In this document: one piece after another, positions 1-10,496 of the stretch | How positions within the stretch are numbered: position 1 is the stretch's first letter | Layout of the letters: the number at the start of each line of letters is the position of its first letter | Source: Deltaproteobacteria bacterium | Lineage (GTDB): Bacteria; Myxococcota_A; UBA9160; SMWR01 | Direction of reading: 5' to 3' | NCBI GenBank assembly: GCA_019313245.1 | Contig: JAFDBP010000040.1 | Span: forward strand, 1 to 53,308 | DNA length: 53,308 nucleotides | Translations under genes and position numbers: made by a program | The notes under the pieces: model-generated | What the model was told of the DNA's origin: nothing | Seen by the model: only the letters and a program-made list of their open reading frames with translations | Databases searched by the model: none

Positions 1-1
1 C

Positions 2-1894
2 ATGAACCACCTCTGGCGCCAGGGCACCGGCGCGTTCCAGCTCGAGAGCATCGACGGAATGCTCGAGGGGGGCTTCCTCACGGACCTTCAGGATCGAACG
101 CGCTCGACTTCGAGCGGTTCGGAGTTCAACAGGGTAGAGTTGTCCCAGCTTCTGCACCTGAACACATTTGGATACATCTATCACCCCCGATTTCTCACGT
201 TCGACACCGGACTCAAGCTCGAAGCGATTCAGGGCCTGTCCGGACAGAGCGATACGCGGTTCCTGTGGGGTGGCGACTTTCGAATCAACTTCCTGGAGAA
301 CCATCGCAACAGCCTCTCGCTTTTCGGCACAGTACTCGACTCGGAGCAGTCGCCACCTTTCTCGGAGACCTACGACATCACGAACCAGATATTCGGAGCC
401 ACCTTCTTCCAGAAATGGGGCTGGATTCCCTTCGACCTCACGTATAGGCACGCCAGAAGGAAGGGTGGCGCAGGCAATCAGCTCGATGACAAGTCGGACA
501 AGGTGATCTTCGACGGTCGCTATTCGATCGGCGAGCGATCCGATGGAAGAATCGGGTATGACCTCGCCTACGAGGAAATTCAAGATCACGATCTTCGCAG
601 GCAGAACCTGATCGCGACCAACGTGTCCTATTTTGGCGACGGTGTCGACAAGGAGTTGAGAACCGACCTGCGGCTTTTCGAGGAGCGCGACGGCCAGAAG
701 CGTAAAACCGCCAATGGGCGGACGGCCTTCGATTGGCGGCACACCGATACCTTCCGGACGCGCTACGTATTCAACGCACGTTACAGTGATTTCGACGTCC
801 AGGACTCGACCAACCTGAACGGTCGGTTCTTTCTCATGCATCGGCTGTACGAGAGCCTGAAAACGGATCTCGAACTCTACGGAGAATACGAGGACTCCAG
901 CTTTCGCAGGCGAGACGAGTTTGGCGGCATTCTTTCCGCGAATTACCTCAAGCGGCTCGGCGATTGGGGGCGTCTCAACATCGGCGTAGCCCCGCGCACC
1001 TCGATGATCTACAACCGTCTGGAGGAGGATACGGCGTTCGTTTTCGACGAGCGCCACGTCATGGTCGGGCTTCAGCCGGTGCTGTTGAGGCAACCGGACA
1101 TCATCGTTACCAGCATCGTGGTGACAGATGAAACTGGATCGGTCGTGTACGATGAAGGGCCGGCAGGAGACTACATCGTCAACCAGACCGGAGGTGGCAT
1201 CCAGACCGAGCTGGTGCGCACTCCCATCAGCACCATCGGAGACGGGCAACTCGTCCTCGTGGATTACGAGTTCGAGTTGATCGGCGACAACGACACGCTC
1301 CAGACGGGTGTTGCCGTCCATTCCTCCTTGTCGTTCCTGGATTATTGGAGGGTGTTCGGGCGTTACGACAATCAGGATTATCACGTGATCTCGGGAGACG
1401 AAGATCGCCTCCGCTTCAATGACTTCGATCGTTACCTGGCCGGTCTGGAGTTCAGCCGGAAGTGGTTCACCGCGAAGGGAGAATATGAGGAGAACGACGC
1501 GACCTTCGGGTCCTTCCGGGGGTTCGCCGGGATGGTTGCGCTCTACACGGGCGGCATGCGGTCTTGGAACGCTCACGCCACTGCGGATTTCGCCCACAGA
1601 GACCACACGGATGACGTAGGCGAAAAGGTGAATCGCTTTTCGCTTTCAGGAGGTACGAGCAAGCGGTTCTTCAAATGGGGGATGCTGGAGGCCGAAGCAA
1701 GTTGGATGAGGGCGCGCTGGAGCGGACAGTCGAGCGAGGCGAACGACGTCGACGCTCTGCGCGTCAAGCTGAAATACACGTGGTGGTATGAGAATTTCGA
1801 GGTCAAGTTGGAGACTGGATTCGCTCAGCTCCTGCGTCCAACCGAAGACCGCAGCGTGTTCAGATTCGATCTCCGGGCGCGTCGTGTATTCTAG
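2..1894 (+). CDS. Outer-membrane beta-barrel protein (putative porin of a porin-cytochrome/nanowire export complex), probably 5'-truncated by the window edge
   Basis: 630-aa ORF of alternating polar/aromatic beta-strand segments ending in an aromatic beta-signal-like motif (FRFDLRARRVF). No signal peptide is visible, so the true start is likely upstream. First gene of a run with an NHL protein and a multiheme cytochrome. Confidence 0.75.
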   Translation: MNHLWRQGTGAFQLESIDGMLEGGFLTDLQDRTRSTSSGSEFNRVELSQLLHLNTFGYIYHPRFLTFDTGLKLEAIQGLSGQSDTRFLWGGDFRINFLENHRNSLSLFGTVLDSEQSPPFSETYDITNQIFGATFFQKWGWIPFDLTYRHARRKGGAGNQLDDKSDKVIFDGRYSIGERSDGRIGYDLAYEEIQDHDLRRQNLIATNVSYFGDGVDKELRTDLRLFEERDGQKRKTANGRTAFDWRHTDTFRTRYVFNARYSDFDVQDSTNLNGRFFLMHRLYESLKTDLELYGEYEDSSFRRRDEFGGILSANYLKRLGDWGRLNIGVAPRTSMIYNRLEEDTAFVFDERHVMVGLQPVLLRQPDIIVTSIVVTDETGSVVYDEGPAGDYIVNQTGGGIQTELVRTPISTIGDGQLVLVDYEFELIGDNDTLQTGVAVHSSLSFLDYWRVFGRYDNQDYHVISGDEDRLRFNDFDRYLAGLEFSRKWFTAKGEYEENDATFGSFRGFAGMVALYTGGMRSWNAHATADFAHRDHTDDVGEKVNRFSLSGGTSKRFFKWGMLEAEASWMRARWSGQSSEANDVDALRVKLKYTWWYENFEVKLETGFAQLLRPTEDRSVFRFDLRARRVF

Positions 1895-1901
1895 GAGCGC
1901 A

Positions 1902-2978
1902 ATGTCGGTGCTGAAATGCGGACGATCGCGGGAGCTTGTCGCCTCTGCATTTCGGAGGCTCGGCATTTTCGCAGCCATTGCCACAGCACTGGCGTGCGCG
2001 GTGTCGCCGCTCCCGCCGCCGAACTGGAACCATCCCGAAATCGCGTTGTCGTGGCCCGAGGCCCCGGAACCCGCTCGGATCGAGTACATGGGAGTCCTGC
2101 GCAACCCGGCCGACCTGGGCCGCAAACCCGGTTGGTTCGAACGGGTCAAGAACGCGGTTTTTGGCACGGAGCCGAAGTCGTTGCTGAGGCCGACCGCCGT
2201 TGCCAGGAATGCGGCGGGGGTTCTGGCCGTGGCCGATCCCGGCCTTTCGGTCGTCCACCTATTCGATCTCGATCGAAGGGAGTACAGCCAGATCGGTGAG
2301 CAGAGCGCGTCGTTTCTGCGCTCGCCCATCGGCGTCGCGGTCGACGACTCCGGGAGCATCTACGTAGCGGATTCGGTGTTGGGCAGGGTCTTCGTCTTCG
2401 ATGCCAGCCGAGATCTCGTCGCCGAACTGGGAGAGGGCGAGCTGACTCGTCCGGTAGGCGTCGCGCTCGACCCCAGTCAGGAGCACCTCTACGTCGTCGA
2501 TACGATCGAATGTGAGGTGGTCGCGTTCGATCTTTCTTCCGGGCGCGCGGTCAACCGCTTCGGGCGGCGAGGGGTGGGGCCCACCGAGTTCAACGCTCCG
2601 ACTTATGTCGCGGTGGCGCGCGATGGGTCGATCAGCGTCTCGGACTCGCTGAACTTTCGGATTCAGCGTTTTCGCCCGGACGGTACGCCAATCGCTTCGT
2701 TTGGGCTGCCCGGGGATGGGGCGGGGCACTTCGCCCGCCCGAAGGGGGTTGCCATCGACACCGAAGGGCGTATCTACGTGGTCGATGCGGGCTTCGAGAA
2801 CATCCAAATCTTCGATCCGGATGGAGTGTTGCTTCTTCCATTCGCCGGACCGGGGACGGGTCCGGGCCAGTTTTCACTCCCCGGTGGCCTCTTCATCGAT
2901 TCAACGAACACCATCTGGGTTGCCGATGCGTTCAATCGGCGGATTCAGGTGTTTCGGCTGGTGGAACACGCGCCATGA
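1902..2978 (+). CDS. NHL-repeat six-bladed beta-propeller lipoprotein
   Basis: AGGAG (1893-1897) precedes ATG 1902. Lipobox-like TALAC. Repeated P-x-G-V-A-V-D...I-Y-V-A-D...R-I/V-Q-V-F NHL motifs. Overlaps the next gene at ATGA. Confidence 0.88.
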   Translation: MSVLKCGRSRELVASAFRRLGIFAAIATALACAVSPLPPPNWNHPEIALSWPEAPEPARIEYMGVLRNPADLGRKPGWFERVKNAVFGTEPKSLLRPTAVARNAAGVLAVADPGLSVVHLFDLDRREYSQIGEQSASFLRSPIGVAVDDSGSIYVADSVLGRVFVFDASRDLVAELGEGELTRPVGVALDPSQEHLYVVDTIECEVVAFDLSSGRAVNRFGRRGVGPTEFNAPTYVAVARDGSISVSDSLNFRIQRFRPDGTPIASFGLPGDGAGHFARPKGVAIDTEGRIYVVDAGFENIQIFDPDGVLLLPFAGPGTGPGQFSLPGGLFIDSTNTIWVADAFNRRIQVFRLVEHAP

Positions 2979-4657
2979 AGATTCACTTTCTCATCACATT
3001 GTTTGCCCTACTGGCCTTGGCGCTGCCGCATTCGGCCGACGCGAAGGTGCGAGGCACGAAGCACGACCTGTCGGGCCGCAGCGCGGGTGACGGCATGGAC
3101 CAGATCTGCTTCTTCTGTCACACACCTCACACCGTGTTGCCGGCGACGCCGGCCTGGAGTCGAGCGCAATCGACAATCATCTACACGCCCTATTGGAGTC
3201 CGACGTTGGAGGCGACCGTCGGGCAGCCCACGGGTTCGTCGAAGATCTGCCTGAGCTGCCACGATGGCACCATCGCCAGGGCGTCCGCGCCGGATCCCAC
3301 CAAAGCTCGTGGTCCGCGCATGGGTTTTTTCGGGCTTTCGCAACGGGCGAATCTCACTTCTGACCTTTCCGACGATCATCCAATTTCCTTCATCTATGAC
3401 TCCGCGCTGGCTCTGGAAGATCGCGAGTTGGTGGATCCGGCGCTGTTGCCGAACGAGATCCTTCTCGATGCGAATGACGAGATGCAGTGCACGAGTTGCC
3501 ACGACCCCCACGCTTCCAGCTATCCGAAATTTCTGGCGATGAGCAATGCGTATTCGGAGCTCTGCACCGCGTGCCACGACAAGCAGGGTTGGGAGCAATC
3601 GGCCCACTCCACATCGCCGGCCGGATGGAACGGATCGGGAACGAATCCGTGGCCCTACTCGAGTGAGACTTCGGTCGCCGCGAACGGGTGCGCCAACTGT
3701 CACACCGCTCACGGTGCTGGCATCGCGGAGTCGCTTCTGGTGTTTCCGAGGGAGGAGGACAATTGTTTTTCGTGCCACGACGGGAGCACTGCCGATACCA
3801 ATGTTCTGGCTGAGTTTCGCAAGAGTTTTCGCCATCCCGTGGAATCTTCTTTCGGTTCTCACGTGGCGACAGAAGCTCCCTTTGCGATGCCACGACACGT
3901 GGAGTGCCAGGACTGTCACAATCCCCACGCGGCATTCCAGGGCGAGGCCGCGGCGCCCGACATACCCGCATCGCTGAGCGGCGTTTCGGGAGTCGGGGCT
4001 TCGGGGACACCAGTCGAAATCGCACGTTACGAATACGAAGTCTGCTTTCGCTGCCATGCCGATGGGCCGGACGTCCCGTCACCCTACATCGAGAGACAGA
4101 TCCTCGAGCCGAACATTCGCCTCAAGATGGACATCCGAAACCCCTCGTACCACCCCGTGGTGGCTCAGGGGCAGAATGTCGACGTCCCGAGCTTGATCTA
4201 CCCGCTGCGAGAGACGTCGATGATCTATTGCAGTGATTGCCATTCCGGAAGTGCTGGGTCGGCGCAATTCGGTATTCGCGGGCCGCACGGATCCGATTGG
4301 CCATTTCTGCTCGAACAGCCGTACAGCGTTGCGGACGGAACCATCGAGAGCTACCAGGCATACGCCTTGTGTTACAAGTGTCACGATCGAAATCTGCTGC
4401 TCTCCGACGGTCCGACCGGAATACACAACAAGCATGTTGTCGAAGAAGACACGACCTGCTCGGTTTGTCACGACCCCCACGGAATCAGCGCCACCCAGGG
4501 CAACGCGACCAACAATTCCCACCTCATCAACTTCGACATCAGCATCGTCGATCGCGATCCGAATACGGGGATGTTGATGTTCGAGGACATGGGCTCGAAC
4601 CACGGTCAGTGTTATCTCTCATGTCACGGAACGGTGCACAGCCCGGCGGAGTACTGA
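2975..4657 (+). CDS. Secreted 12-heme c-type cytochrome with an N-terminal OmcE-like tetraheme module
   Basis: Sec signal peptide ending in ADA. 11 CxxCH motifs plus one CxxxCH (CYLSCH). The first four hemes follow KHDLS..ICxxCHTPH..SKxCLSCHDG..DDHPISF..CxSCHxxH..LCxxCHDK. Confidence 0.92.
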   Translation: MKIHFLITLFALLALALPHSADAKVRGTKHDLSGRSAGDGMDQICFFCHTPHTVLPATPAWSRAQSTIIYTPYWSPTLEATVGQPTGSSKICLSCHDGTIARASAPDPTKARGPRMGFFGLSQRANLTSDLSDDHPISFIYDSALALEDRELVDPALLPNEILLDANDEMQCTSCHDPHASSYPKFLAMSNAYSELCTACHDKQGWEQSAHSTSPAGWNGSGTNPWPYSSETSVAANGCANCHTAHGAGIAESLLVFPREEDNCFSCHDGSTADTNVLAEFRKSFRHPVESSFGSHVATEAPFAMPRHVECQDCHNPHAAFQGEAAAPDIPASLSGVSGVGASGTPVEIARYEYEVCFRCHADGPDVPSPYIERQILEPNIRLKMDIRNPSYHPVVAQGQNVDVPSLIYPLRETSMIYCSDCHSGSAGSAQFGIRGPHGSDWPFLLEQPYSVADGTIESYQAYALCYKCHDRNLLLSDGPTGIHNKHVVEEDTTCSVCHDPHGISATQGNATNNSHLINFDISIVDRDPNTGMLMFEDMGSNHGQCYLSCHGTVHSPAEY

Positions 4658-4659
4658 TC

Positions 4660-5193
4660 TCACTCGTCCCGAACGAAGAAGTAGGAGACATCCCTCTCTT
4701 CGCCGAATAGCGGGAGTCGGGTCGTCACGAACATGTGATCGGAATCGCTGAACGTGTAGGTGAGCACGGACGGGGAGCGCTCGTGTGTATTCGCGCCGAT
4801 GGCCGCTCGGCGCGCGACCCACGAATGGCCCGAAGATCGGATCGTGAGTGTATTCGCGTTTTCTGAGACGAGTTCCCAGCGGTCGTGGAATGGGCCGCCG
4901 AGCGGGCTCGTGATCTCGTAATGTCCGTCGGAGTGGAAGGTTTCGCGAATCGACGAGAAGGTTTCGCGAAACGCCTCGTCAAAATTCTCCAGTTCGCGAG
5001 GTGAGATCCGCGCGACCTCTTCTCTCTGAGCCGCCCTGTCGATGATCCAACTCCCGATGATTAGCGGTGCCTCGGAACTCGCGAGCGCTCGCTTCGCAGA
5101 CGCATCGAAGGTCCGCTCGGGAGAGTCGCTTTCGCTACAAGCGGCGAGCGCCAGGAGCACCGCGACGGATGCGGCGGAGATGATCATTCGCAT
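4660..5193 (-). CDS. Hypothetical lipoprotein
   Basis: 177-aa ORF with a signal peptide and lipobox LAAC. The mature part is beta-rich (IIGSW start, lipocalin-like). GGGAG upstream. Confidence 0.65.
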   Translation of the reverse strand: MRMIISAASVAVLLALAACSESDSPERTFDASAKRALASSEAPLIIGSWIIDRAAQREEVARISPRELENFDEAFRETFSSIRETFHSDGHYEITSPLGGPFHDRWELVSENANTLTIRSSGHSWVARRAAIGANTHERSPSVLTYTFSDSDHMFVTTRLPLFGEERDVSYFFVRDE

Positions 5194-5526
5194 GGGACTC
5201 TCCCAGATCCGGAAGTCGTTCCGAACAGGCCCGCACTGGTGCCGGATTCGCGGTCGGCCGGCTCGCTTGGCTGGGAACTCGATCGGATTCCGACGTTACC
5301 CCAGCCTCCGGTATCCGTTTGTGCAGCGATCGGCGCGGATTGAGCCCAGAGTCGAGCCATGTAGCAAAATGCCCCATTTGTGCCGCCAGAGCGCCGTAGA
5401 ACGCTGTTTGGGCTTCGCTGCGAGAAGGGGGCCGCGAATTGCGTCAACGGTGAGTCAAATCACACTATGGATCGATCGATCAGACGCAACTTGGCCGCTA
5501 AGCCCTTCTAGATCGGATTTGTTTAT

Positions 5527-5542
5527 TGGAATGTTTTTTGCA
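5527..5542 (+). promoter_or_regulatory. Putative sigma-54 (-24/-12) promoter for the NHL-cytochrome-resB-ccsA operon
   Basis: TGGAATGTTTTTTGCA with GG (5528-5529) and GC (5540-5541) at the canonical spacing, in an AT-rich intergenic patch. Confidence 0.65.
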
Positions 5543-5620
5543 CAATCTCCCGCCTAGATGAAGCCCGGTCAGCCACGGATCTCGAGGTGGAGACGCGGGG
5601 CACCCGGGGGGAGCGCGACC

Positions 5621-6733
5621 ATGAGGCGAGTCAGCGCCAATCGACCGCTGCGGCGCGTCCGGTTTTCACGTCGGGCGACCCTTCTCGGTGCGACCTGCGC
5701 GGCGCTGTTCGCTCTTGCGGTTCCCGAGTTGGCCGGGGCGGCGGCGCTGAGCGACCAAAATCGAGACGGCGTGATCGACGTCGCCGACATCGTTCTCTTC
5801 AGCCAGTCCGAACTCGGACAGGATTGGCAGACCGTCGACTGGTGCGAGTGGCTGCAGACCCCGCGTAGGCGAGAGCGGCACCTCCAACAGCTGCTCGATT
5901 TCATCGACGAGTATTTTCGCTGCGATCAGGGCAATCCCTTTGCGATCCGCGATGCCAACGTTCATCCGACCCGCCTGACCTGGAGCGCGGACGCGAAGAA
6001 GATCTTCGTAACCGATTCCAAGATCGGCTCGGTCTTCATCTATGACTCGCTGGCGACGCCGATCGGAGAACTCAAGGATCTTGCCAAGCCGCTGGGTGTC
6101 GCCGTGAACTCGCAGGGCGACATCTACGTGGGGGACAACCATTCCAACGCGGTAGAGGTCTACAACTCCGAGGGTTCGCGGATCGCGACCATCGGCGCCG
6201 CGACGCTCAAGATGCCCAACGATCTGGCCTTCGACCAGAACGGCCGCCTCTACGTCGCTGACAGCAAGCGGAATCTGGTCGAGGTCTTCGACCCCGCGAG
6301 CGGCGCGAGCCTGCGGACGTTTGGCAGCGGCGAACTGCGCTTTCCGTCCGCGCTGGCGATTTCCGGTCAGGAGGTCTTTGTCGCCGACCAGTCGAACTTC
6401 CTCGTCAGGGTCTACGATCTCCAGGGAAACCTGCTTCGCTCGTTCGGCGGCAAGGTCACCCAGGGGTTCATGAACTACAACTGGCATGGCAAGTTCGCCC
6501 GCCTCCAGAGCCTCGCCGTCGACTCCGCGGGGCGCCTCCACGCCCTGGATAGCCACATGGGCGTGATCCAGATTCTGAGTGCCGCCGACGGCAGCTTCAT
6601 CGCTTCCTACGGGTCGAACGGGTCGGCGCCCGGAGAACTCGACCTGCCCCTGGACATCGACATCAACCAGTACGGAGAAGCGGCAGTGGCCAACACCCGC
6701 AACCGGCGGGTGGAGCTGCTCACGCCGCCCTAG
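5621..6733 (+). CDS. Secreted NHL-repeat beta-propeller with an N-terminal dockerin/EF-hand-like motif
   Basis: GGGGGAG before ATG 5621 (the ORF track start at 5558 is probably too early). Arg-rich signal peptide, DQNRDGVIDVAD motif, then NHL repeats. Confidence 0.82.
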   Translation: MRRVSANRPLRRVRFSRRATLLGATCAALFALAVPELAGAAALSDQNRDGVIDVADIVLFSQSELGQDWQTVDWCEWLQTPRRRERHLQQLLDFIDEYFRCDQGNPFAIRDANVHPTRLTWSADAKKIFVTDSKIGSVFIYDSLATPIGELKDLAKPLGVAVNSQGDIYVGDNHSNAVEVYNSEGSRIATIGAATLKMPNDLAFDQNGRLYVADSKRNLVEVFDPASGASLRTFGSGELRFPSALAISGQEVFVADQSNFLVRVYDLQGNLLRSFGGKVTQGFMNYNWHGKFARLQSLAVDSAGRLHALDSHMGVIQILSAADGSFIASYGSNGSAPGELDLPLDIDINQYGEAAVANTRNRRVELLTPP

Positions 6734-6750
6734 GAGGGAATCGGTACGCC

Positions 6751-9700
6751 ATGGGATTCGAAGCGCGCTCGCATACGCGATCCACCAGCGACGGGTGGCG
6801 TGGTGTGCGCGCAGCGCGAGTGTTCCCAGCGCTCGTTTGCTTCGGGCTGCTACTCCTGGTCGCTCCGAGTGCCTTCGCCGCACAGGAGCGCATGCCTCTC
6901 GACTCGATTGCTGCCGACGGCTGCAATTGGAACAGCTGCACGGTCGCGAATCTCGACGAAGACCCGGATGGACCCGGGACGGATTGGGCGACGGCGTTCG
7001 ACAACAACACCAATCACGACGGCCACTTCGGCTTCGGAACCCCCAGTCAGCCCCTGGCGACAGGTGCCGATCTCCAGGAGTTCCGCGCGTCGGTTCGCAA
7101 GAATTCCAGCTGTGGCACGGGCACGCCCAGCGCCCGGATCGAGCTGTGGGAGAACGGCGCGCTGGTGCGAGCGGGTACCGACACTTCTGTCACGGCCGCC
7201 AACTCGTGTACCCAGGGCAGCGACTGCCAAGTCCTCAGCTTCACCTGGAACGCGACGGAGGTCACCGCGGCCGCTAACGTCGAGGTGAAGATCTTCGGCC
7301 TCAAGGCGGGCGGCAGCCCGTCGACCCGCTGTGCGGTGGATCTCGGGGCGGTCGAGTGGAACGCCGAGGTCAGTGCCGCGACGTTGCCCACGCTATCAGC
7401 GCCGACGAGTCCGTTCGCGACGATCGATACCGGTACGGCCACGCTCGGCGCGACGATCGACACCAACGGCGGCGGAACGATCAGCGAGTACGGGACGGTA
7501 TGGGGCACCTCGCCCAACCCGACCGGCAGCGTGCTCGCCGCGGGCACCGACAATCCCGCCATGCCGCACACCTTCTCGCACAGTCGGACGATCACACAGC
7601 TTCCCGGTACGTTCATCTACTTCCGAGGTTACGCGGATAACGGTGTCGGCCGCGCCTACTCGCCCGACGGCTCCTTCTACCTCGAGCCCAATCCGCCCGA
7701 CCCGGGCGTCAGCTTCACGAACGTCACCGACAATGGCATGCGAATCAGCTGGACACCGCCGGGAACCGGCGCCGGCGACGGGGCGATCGTCGTGCTGAAG
7801 CAGGGGGCGACGGTGGATTCCGATCCGTCGGACGGCGTGGCGCACGTCGCGGATACCGTTTTCGGAAACGGCGCCGAGCTCGGGACCGGGAACTTCGTGG
7901 TCTTTCGGACCTCGGGCACGCAGGTCGACGTGACGGGTCTATCGCCCAGCACACAGTACGCCGTTGCTGTCTACACCTACGCGGGCCCGACGGCGCCGGC
8001 GATCAACTACCAGCAGGACTCTCCGGCGACCGGAACCCAGACCACCACCGGCCCGACGCCGACGCCAACGGCGACACCGACCGCCACACCGACGGCGACG
8101 CCGACTGGGACGCCGACTGCCACGCCGACCACGACACCGACCCCAACGGCCACGCCGACGGCGACGCCCACGGGTACACCTACGGCCACGCCGACCGCTA
8201 CGCCGACGTCTACGCCGACTGGGACTCCGAGCGCCACGCCGACCGCCACGCCGACGTCTACACCCACCGGGACTCCGACCGCAACGCCTACTGCTACGCC
8301 GACCGCGGCGCCATCTCAGCCGACTCGGGCTCGGTTCGAATCCACCCGGGTGGCCGAGACGGAGTTGGTTCTTTCGTGGCGACTCGGCGTGAGTGACGGC
8401 GTCATCGTTCTGATGCGATCTGGTCTCGCCGTCGACGCGGACCCGGTGGACGGAACCACGTATTCAGCCAATTCCGTGTTCGGCAATGGCTCGCAAATCG
8501 GAACGGGCAACTACGTCGTCTATATCGGTAGCGGGACGGAGCAGACGATTACCGGCATCGCGCCCGATACCACCTATCATGTGGCGATCTACACGTATAC
8601 CGGATCCGGGCCCGGCATCGATTACATCCAACTCGACCCGAGCCGCGGCCAATCGGGTCACAACGCCTCGCACGGCATCGACTGCGGCGTCTGCCACTTC
8701 GGCACCGGGACTTCCCACGGAAACTTCACGGTGCCGCGGGATGCCGATCAGCAGGCGGTCTGCGAGACCTGCCACAACGACACCGGGCCGGCGTCGGGCA
8801 AGTTGAATTTTGCACTCCACAGCGGCACGAAATACAACGCCGACGTGGATTGCGGCTCGTGCCACGAAATGCACAACAATTACGACTTCACGACGACCGA
8901 CACCCACACCGGCGGCGTGACGGCTGCAAACATCGTGTGGATCCGCTCGGATACCGCGAAGTACGTCGCGGGGGCGCTCGAGCCCGCGCTGTATCAGAGC
9001 AGCACGGGTTCCGAGGCCTGGGACGACAGCAACGCGCCGTGGAACGGCTTGTGCCAGACCTGCCATCAGAACACCGACTGGCACCGCAACGACAACAGCC
9101 TCGGGGCGGGTAGCCACGACCACGAGATGCCCACCGACAATTGCCAGGGATGCCATCCCCACACGGACGGTTTCCGCGGTGCCGGCGGCGACTGCTTGGC
9201 CTGCCACAAGCAGCAGAAGGAGATCTCGACCAGCCCGGGCACCTTCCGCCGCCAGATCACTGAAAGCAGCGCGGGGGCCGGGGACGGCGAGTTCAGCACC
9301 GGCTTCACCTCGCACCACGTCAACGACGGCAGCGGTTCACAGGTGGTGACGCTGTGGGATTGCGTGGTCTGCCACGCCGAGGGCAACGCAATTACGGGTG
9401 AAGCGGATGATAATTATCACAAGAAGGACGGCGTGCAGCTCAAGGATACGGATACGGGCGCGGTGTACAGCGACTGGTCGGGTCTGACGCCGGCCCAGCG
9501 ATCGAGCTTCTGTCTCAGCTGCCACGACTCGGACGGCGCGACCATCATCACGGGTCGCACCGATCCCGATCCGGACGCGACCACGAATCCGCTGAATCCG
9601 TTCAACGACGGCGTCACCAACTCTCACGAGCCAGACGGCTTCGATGGCACTCCGGCGCCCCACTCGCGCGGGACCGTGCTGGACGTCGAGAGTCAGTTCG

Positions 9701-10422
9701 ACACCCAGAACGTCAGCCACCACGGAGTGCTGGGCCCCGCCTACGTCTACGCAACCGACTGCGTGGCGGCCGGAGATCCGCACTCGTGTTGCACGGGATC
9801 TGGAACCGGACCCACTTGCGGGCTCCCCTTCGGATCCATCGTCAACGCCGCCATCCAGGGCGTGCGGACCGACCTCGATTGGAACTCGGTCATCGACTGC
9901 GAGGATTGCCACATCGGCCCGCCCGCGTTCGGCGGCGGTTCGGTCGTGCTGGGCGGCCACGGAACGCCGACAGCTCGCTACATGCTGAGGGACCACAATG
10001 GCGCCGAGCAGGTGACGGCACCGGTCGACGCGTCGACGGTCATCTGTCGCCGTTGCCACGACCCCGAATCTTCGAGCATCTATCCCTACCACACGCGCAG
10101 CGCGCACATGACCAACCTGCTGAACATCTTCGGCGTCGCCTGCATCGACTGTCACGGTGGCGGTGAGTGGGGGGGCATTCACGGCGTCGATGCCGTGGTT
10201 ACCGATGACGATGGCGGCGGCAGCTACAACCCCAACGTCTTTACCTACGGCAGTTCGCTCGACCTGATCCAGAACTGGACTGATTGGACGGACGGCGGCA
10301 TTTCCTGCTCGGCAGTGGCGAGTAAGACGCAGATCAACGACTGCACGCAGCACGGCGCGCAGAGCTACGCCCGCGACCCCCGGCGAGACGATGCGCCACA
10401 GCGCATCTACAGGCTTCCCTGA
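6751..10422 (+). CDS. Large modular extracellular multiheme cytochrome c (Cys-rich N-domain, FN3-like domains, Thr/Pro linker, 11 CxxCH)
   Basis: AGGAGG RBS and a signal peptide ending in AFA. Two homologous FN3-like domains flank an 84-aa TPTx repeat. The C-terminal half has 11 CxxCH motifs and many extra His. Confidence 0.9.
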   Translation: MGFEARSHTRSTSDGWRGVRAARVFPALVCFGLLLLVAPSAFAAQERMPLDSIAADGCNWNSCTVANLDEDPDGPGTDWATAFDNNTNHDGHFGFGTPSQPLATGADLQEFRASVRKNSSCGTGTPSARIELWENGALVRAGTDTSVTAANSCTQGSDCQVLSFTWNATEVTAAANVEVKIFGLKAGGSPSTRCAVDLGAVEWNAEVSAATLPTLSAPTSPFATIDTGTATLGATIDTNGGGTISEYGTVWGTSPNPTGSVLAAGTDNPAMPHTFSHSRTITQLPGTFIYFRGYADNGVGRAYSPDGSFYLEPNPPDPGVSFTNVTDNGMRISWTPPGTGAGDGAIVVLKQGATVDSDPSDGVAHVADTVFGNGAELGTGNFVVFRTSGTQVDVTGLSPSTQYAVAVYTYAGPTAPAINYQQDSPATGTQTTTGPTPTPTATPTATPTATPTGTPTATPTTTPTPTATPTATPTGTPTATPTATPTSTPTGTPSATPTATPTSTPTGTPTATPTATPTAAPSQPTRARFESTRVAETELVLSWRLGVSDGVIVLMRSGLAVDADPVDGTTYSANSVFGNGSQIGTGNYVVYIGSGTEQTITGIAPDTTYHVAIYTYTGSGPGIDYIQLDPSRGQSGHNASHGIDCGVCHFGTGTSHGNFTVPRDADQQAVCETCHNDTGPASGKLNFALHSGTKYNADVDCGSCHEMHNNYDFTTTDTHTGGVTAANIVWIRSDTAKYVAGALEPALYQSSTGSEAWDDSNAPWNGLCQTCHQNTDWHRNDNSLGAGSHDHEMPTDNCQGCHPHTDGFRGAGGDCLACHKQQKEISTSPGTFRRQITESSAGAGDGEFSTGFTSHHVNDGSGSQVVTLWDCVVCHAEGNAITGEADDNYHKKDGVQLKDTDTGAVYSDWSGLTPAQRSSFCLSCHDSDGATIITGRTDPDPDATTNPLNPFNDGVTNSHEPDGFDGTPAPHSRGTVLDVESQFDTQNVSHHGVLGPAYVYATDCVAAGDPHSCCTGSGTGPTCGLPFGSIVNAAIQGVRTDLDWNSVIDCEDCHIGPPAFGGGSVVLGGHGTPTARYMLRDHNGAEQVTAPVDASTVICRRCHDPESSSIYPYHTRSAHMTNLLNIFGVACIDCHGGGEWGGIHGVDAVVTDDDGGGSYNPNVFTYGSSLDLIQNWTDWTDGGISCSAVASKTQINDCTQHGAQSYARDPRRDDAPQRIYRLP
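8053..8304 (+). repeat. 12-bp-period coding tandem repeat encoding ([12 protein letters not shown])n, about 20 units
   Basis: Translation [23 protein letters not shown]...TPT. Synonymous codons vary between units. Confidence 0.95.
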
Positions 10423-10496
10423 ATCTGAAGACGACACGGGTATACTGACGGGGATGCTGCAGCGCCGCCTGGACGCCCGGAGATTCGCCTCACGAG

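Noticed and set aside
8053-8304. Short-period repeat as a possible CRISPR array or contingency locus
   Set aside because: There are no spacers. It is an in-frame 12-bp coding repeat with varied synonymous codons, consistent with a Thr/Pro linker.
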